DNA of 64,000 bases. Origin: an uncultured delta proteobacterium (GTDB lineage Bacteria > Desulfobacterota > Desulfobacteria > Desulfobacterales > Desulfosalsimonadaceae). Positions 62,424 through 64,000 of this stretch are shown here, in pieces. Position numbers and translations under genes: made by a program. Positions within the stretch are counted from its first letter, which is position 1; each line of letters begins with the position of its first letter. Location of the stretch: contig CAWGYD010000005.1 in NCBI GenBank assembly GCA_963826785.1, positions 32,001-96,000 of the forward strand, read 5' to 3'. The notes beneath the pieces are model-generated. The model worked only from the letters and a program-made list of their open reading frames with translations. It searched no databases and was not told the DNA's origin.

Positions 62424-63704
62424 ATGATATCTGACTTTCCGGAAATGGCGCTGGTCCGGCAGCAACTCATCCGGTCTCGAATCGATGATCCGTCATTGGC
62501 ATTCCAGCAAAGCCTTGCGCTGATTTCAAACCGCATCGCTCTGAAAAAGGGACAGACCATCGCCATTGCGGTGGGCAGCCGGAAGATCGACCGGCTCGAT
62601 GCCGTGGTGAAGACCTGTGTAGATTTCTTGAAGGAGAAAGGCGCCCGGCCGTTTATCGTTCCGGCCATGGGAAGCCACGGCGGGGCCACTGCCGAGGGGC
62701 AGAAAAACATCCTGGCGGGCCTGAATATCACCGAAGCCGGAATGGGGGTTCCCATCGCCCCTGATATGGACACGGCCCGCATCGGCGCTATTGATGGCGT
62801 TAATCTGTATGTCGCCAAAACCGCTCTTTCTGCGGATCATATCGTTGTGATCAACCGGGTCAAACCCCATACGAAATTTGAAGCACCCATTGAAAGCGGT
62901 CTGTGCAAGATGCTGACCGTCGGCCTGGGAAAGGCCCAGGGAGCGGCCGAGTTCCACCGGGCCGCGATTTCCCGTTCGTTTGGCATCATCGAAACCGCCG
63001 CCCAACACCTGCTTGGACATCTCAAGCTGCTCTTTTGCATCGGCCTGGTCGAAGACGGCTGCGGACAGATGGCGCATATCGAAGCCGTGATGCCGGATCG
63101 GCTGATCGCAGCGGAAAAACAGCTGCTGATCCGCTCCAGGCAGATGCTGGCCCGCATACCGTTTGATCAGCTGGATATCCTCATCGTTGACTACATGGGC
63201 AAAAACATTTCCGGTATCGGCATGGATTCCAATGTGACCGGGCGGCACAGGGACCTTACGGGAGACATGTTTATGGCGCCCCATGTCAAGCGGATATTCG
63301 TCCGGGACCTTTCCCCCGCGTCGGACGGCAATGCCAACGGCATTGGCCTGGCGGATTTCACCACCGATCGTCTGGTGAATCGTCTGGACCGCAGAAAAAC
63401 GTTTGTCAACGCCATTACGGCCATCTCGCCGGAAAAAGCGGCCATCCCGATTCATTTTCCCACGGACCGTGAAAGCCTTTCAGCTTGTGCGAAGACCACC
63501 GGTGTCCAGTCCGTCAAGGAACTTCGCATGATCCGGATCACCCATACGGCAGACCTTGAATTCATGTCGGCCTCGCGCGCTCTTGAAAAGGAGATTCTAT
63601 CCAATCCCCATTTAATCCGCAAAAGTCCCTGGGCGCCCATGGCATTTGACGCAAATGGAAATCTGGAGGAGTTTTTACCGGATGAAAAAAGAATACCTGT
63701 ATAA
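62424..63704 (+). CDS. LarA N-terminal-like / DUF362-type protein
   Basis: IAVGSR.I, IVPAMGSHGGAT, NRVKPHT, ESGLCKML.VGLGK, GKNISG.GMD.NV and GNANGIG. Confidence 0.7.
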   Translation: MISDFPEMALVRQQLIRSRIDDPSLAFQQSLALISNRIALKKGQTIAIAVGSRKIDRLDAVVKTCVDFLKEKGARPFIVPAMGSHGGATAEGQKNILAGLNITEAGMGVPIAPDMDTARIGAIDGVNLYVAKTALSADHIVVINRVKPHTKFEAPIESGLCKMLTVGLGKAQGAAEFHRAAISRSFGIIETAAQHLLGHLKLLFCIGLVEDGCGQMAHIEAVMPDRLIAAEKQLLIRSRQMLARIPFDQLDILIVDYMGKNISGIGMDSNVTGRHRDLTGDMFMAPHVKRIFVRDLSPASDGNANGIGLADFTTDRLVNRLDRRKTFVNAITAISPEKAAIPIHFPTDRESLSACAKTTGVQSVKELRMIRITHTADLEFMSASRALEKEILSNPHLIRKSPWAPMAFDANGNLEEFLPDEKRIPV

Positions 63705-64000
63705 GTCGGGGGTTCAAACCCCCTATGGGCGGATCACCCTGACCTTTTACGTGGACCCGTTTGTTCTTAAAGAAATTTTGCTGCCCGGTGCGGCGCCGGA
63801 ATCTCGATGCCTTGATTTTCAAAAGGACGGTTCCGATCACGCCAAACTCGATGAGATGATCGGGCGGATCATGGAATGTATTGAGGGCAGAAACAGCCAA
63901 GACTTCTGGCAATACCTGAGTTTTGACGGGTTGAGCCCGCTTCAGGCGGAAGTTTTGAGAAAAGTGGCCCAGATCCCATACGGTGAATTGGCCACCTATA
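63682..64000 (+). CDS. ogt: Methylated-DNA--protein-cysteine methyltransferase; runs off the right edge
   Basis: Translated by hand: MKKEYLYKSGVQTPYG...LSPLQAEVLRKVAQIPYGELATY. Confidence 0.75.
   Translation, partial: MKKEYLYKSGVQTPYGRITLTFYVDPFVLKEILLPGAAPESRCLDFQKDGSDHAKLDEMIGRIMECIEGRNSQDFWQYLSFDGLSPLQAEVLRKVAQIPYGELATY

Overview
Chromosomal segment from an anaerobic bacterium; gene content suggests a Desulfobacterales-like deltaproteobacterium (inference). From left to right: a Wsp-like chemosensory cluster with a diguanylate cyclase (1-9007, minus strand); a cobalamin riboswitch with btuFCD; a YcaO-TPR fusion; corA; a hydrolase/CoA ligase/2-hydroxyacyl-CoA dehydratase cluster; a giant GlmS-like gene; and a PBP gene. 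Next comes a visibly more AT-rich block of about 23.6 kb (about 26.6-50.2 kb). It holds one apparent 22-kb operon: SAM methyltransferase, stand-alone DUF2156 (aminoacyl-tRNA-dependent transferase-like), class I HMG-CoA reductase homolog, a myxobacterial-type PUFA-synthase set (ER; KS-AT-4xACP-KR-DH; KS-CLF-AT-DHs-AGPAT) and a 3xPAS-LuxR regulator. This operon is the best candidate for an undescribed system (a tailored, PKS-derived membrane lipid). The right end is housekeeping: metG, PSP1/RicT, holB, IHF, lptD, YhaM-like, tmk, a cysteine synthase-CysRS fusion lacking KMSKS, ferredoxin, a LarA-like protein and ogt. Five genes carry frameshifts, including the normally essential lptD, so these are probably sequencing or assembly indels. 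All calls come from motif recognition by eye; no searches were run.
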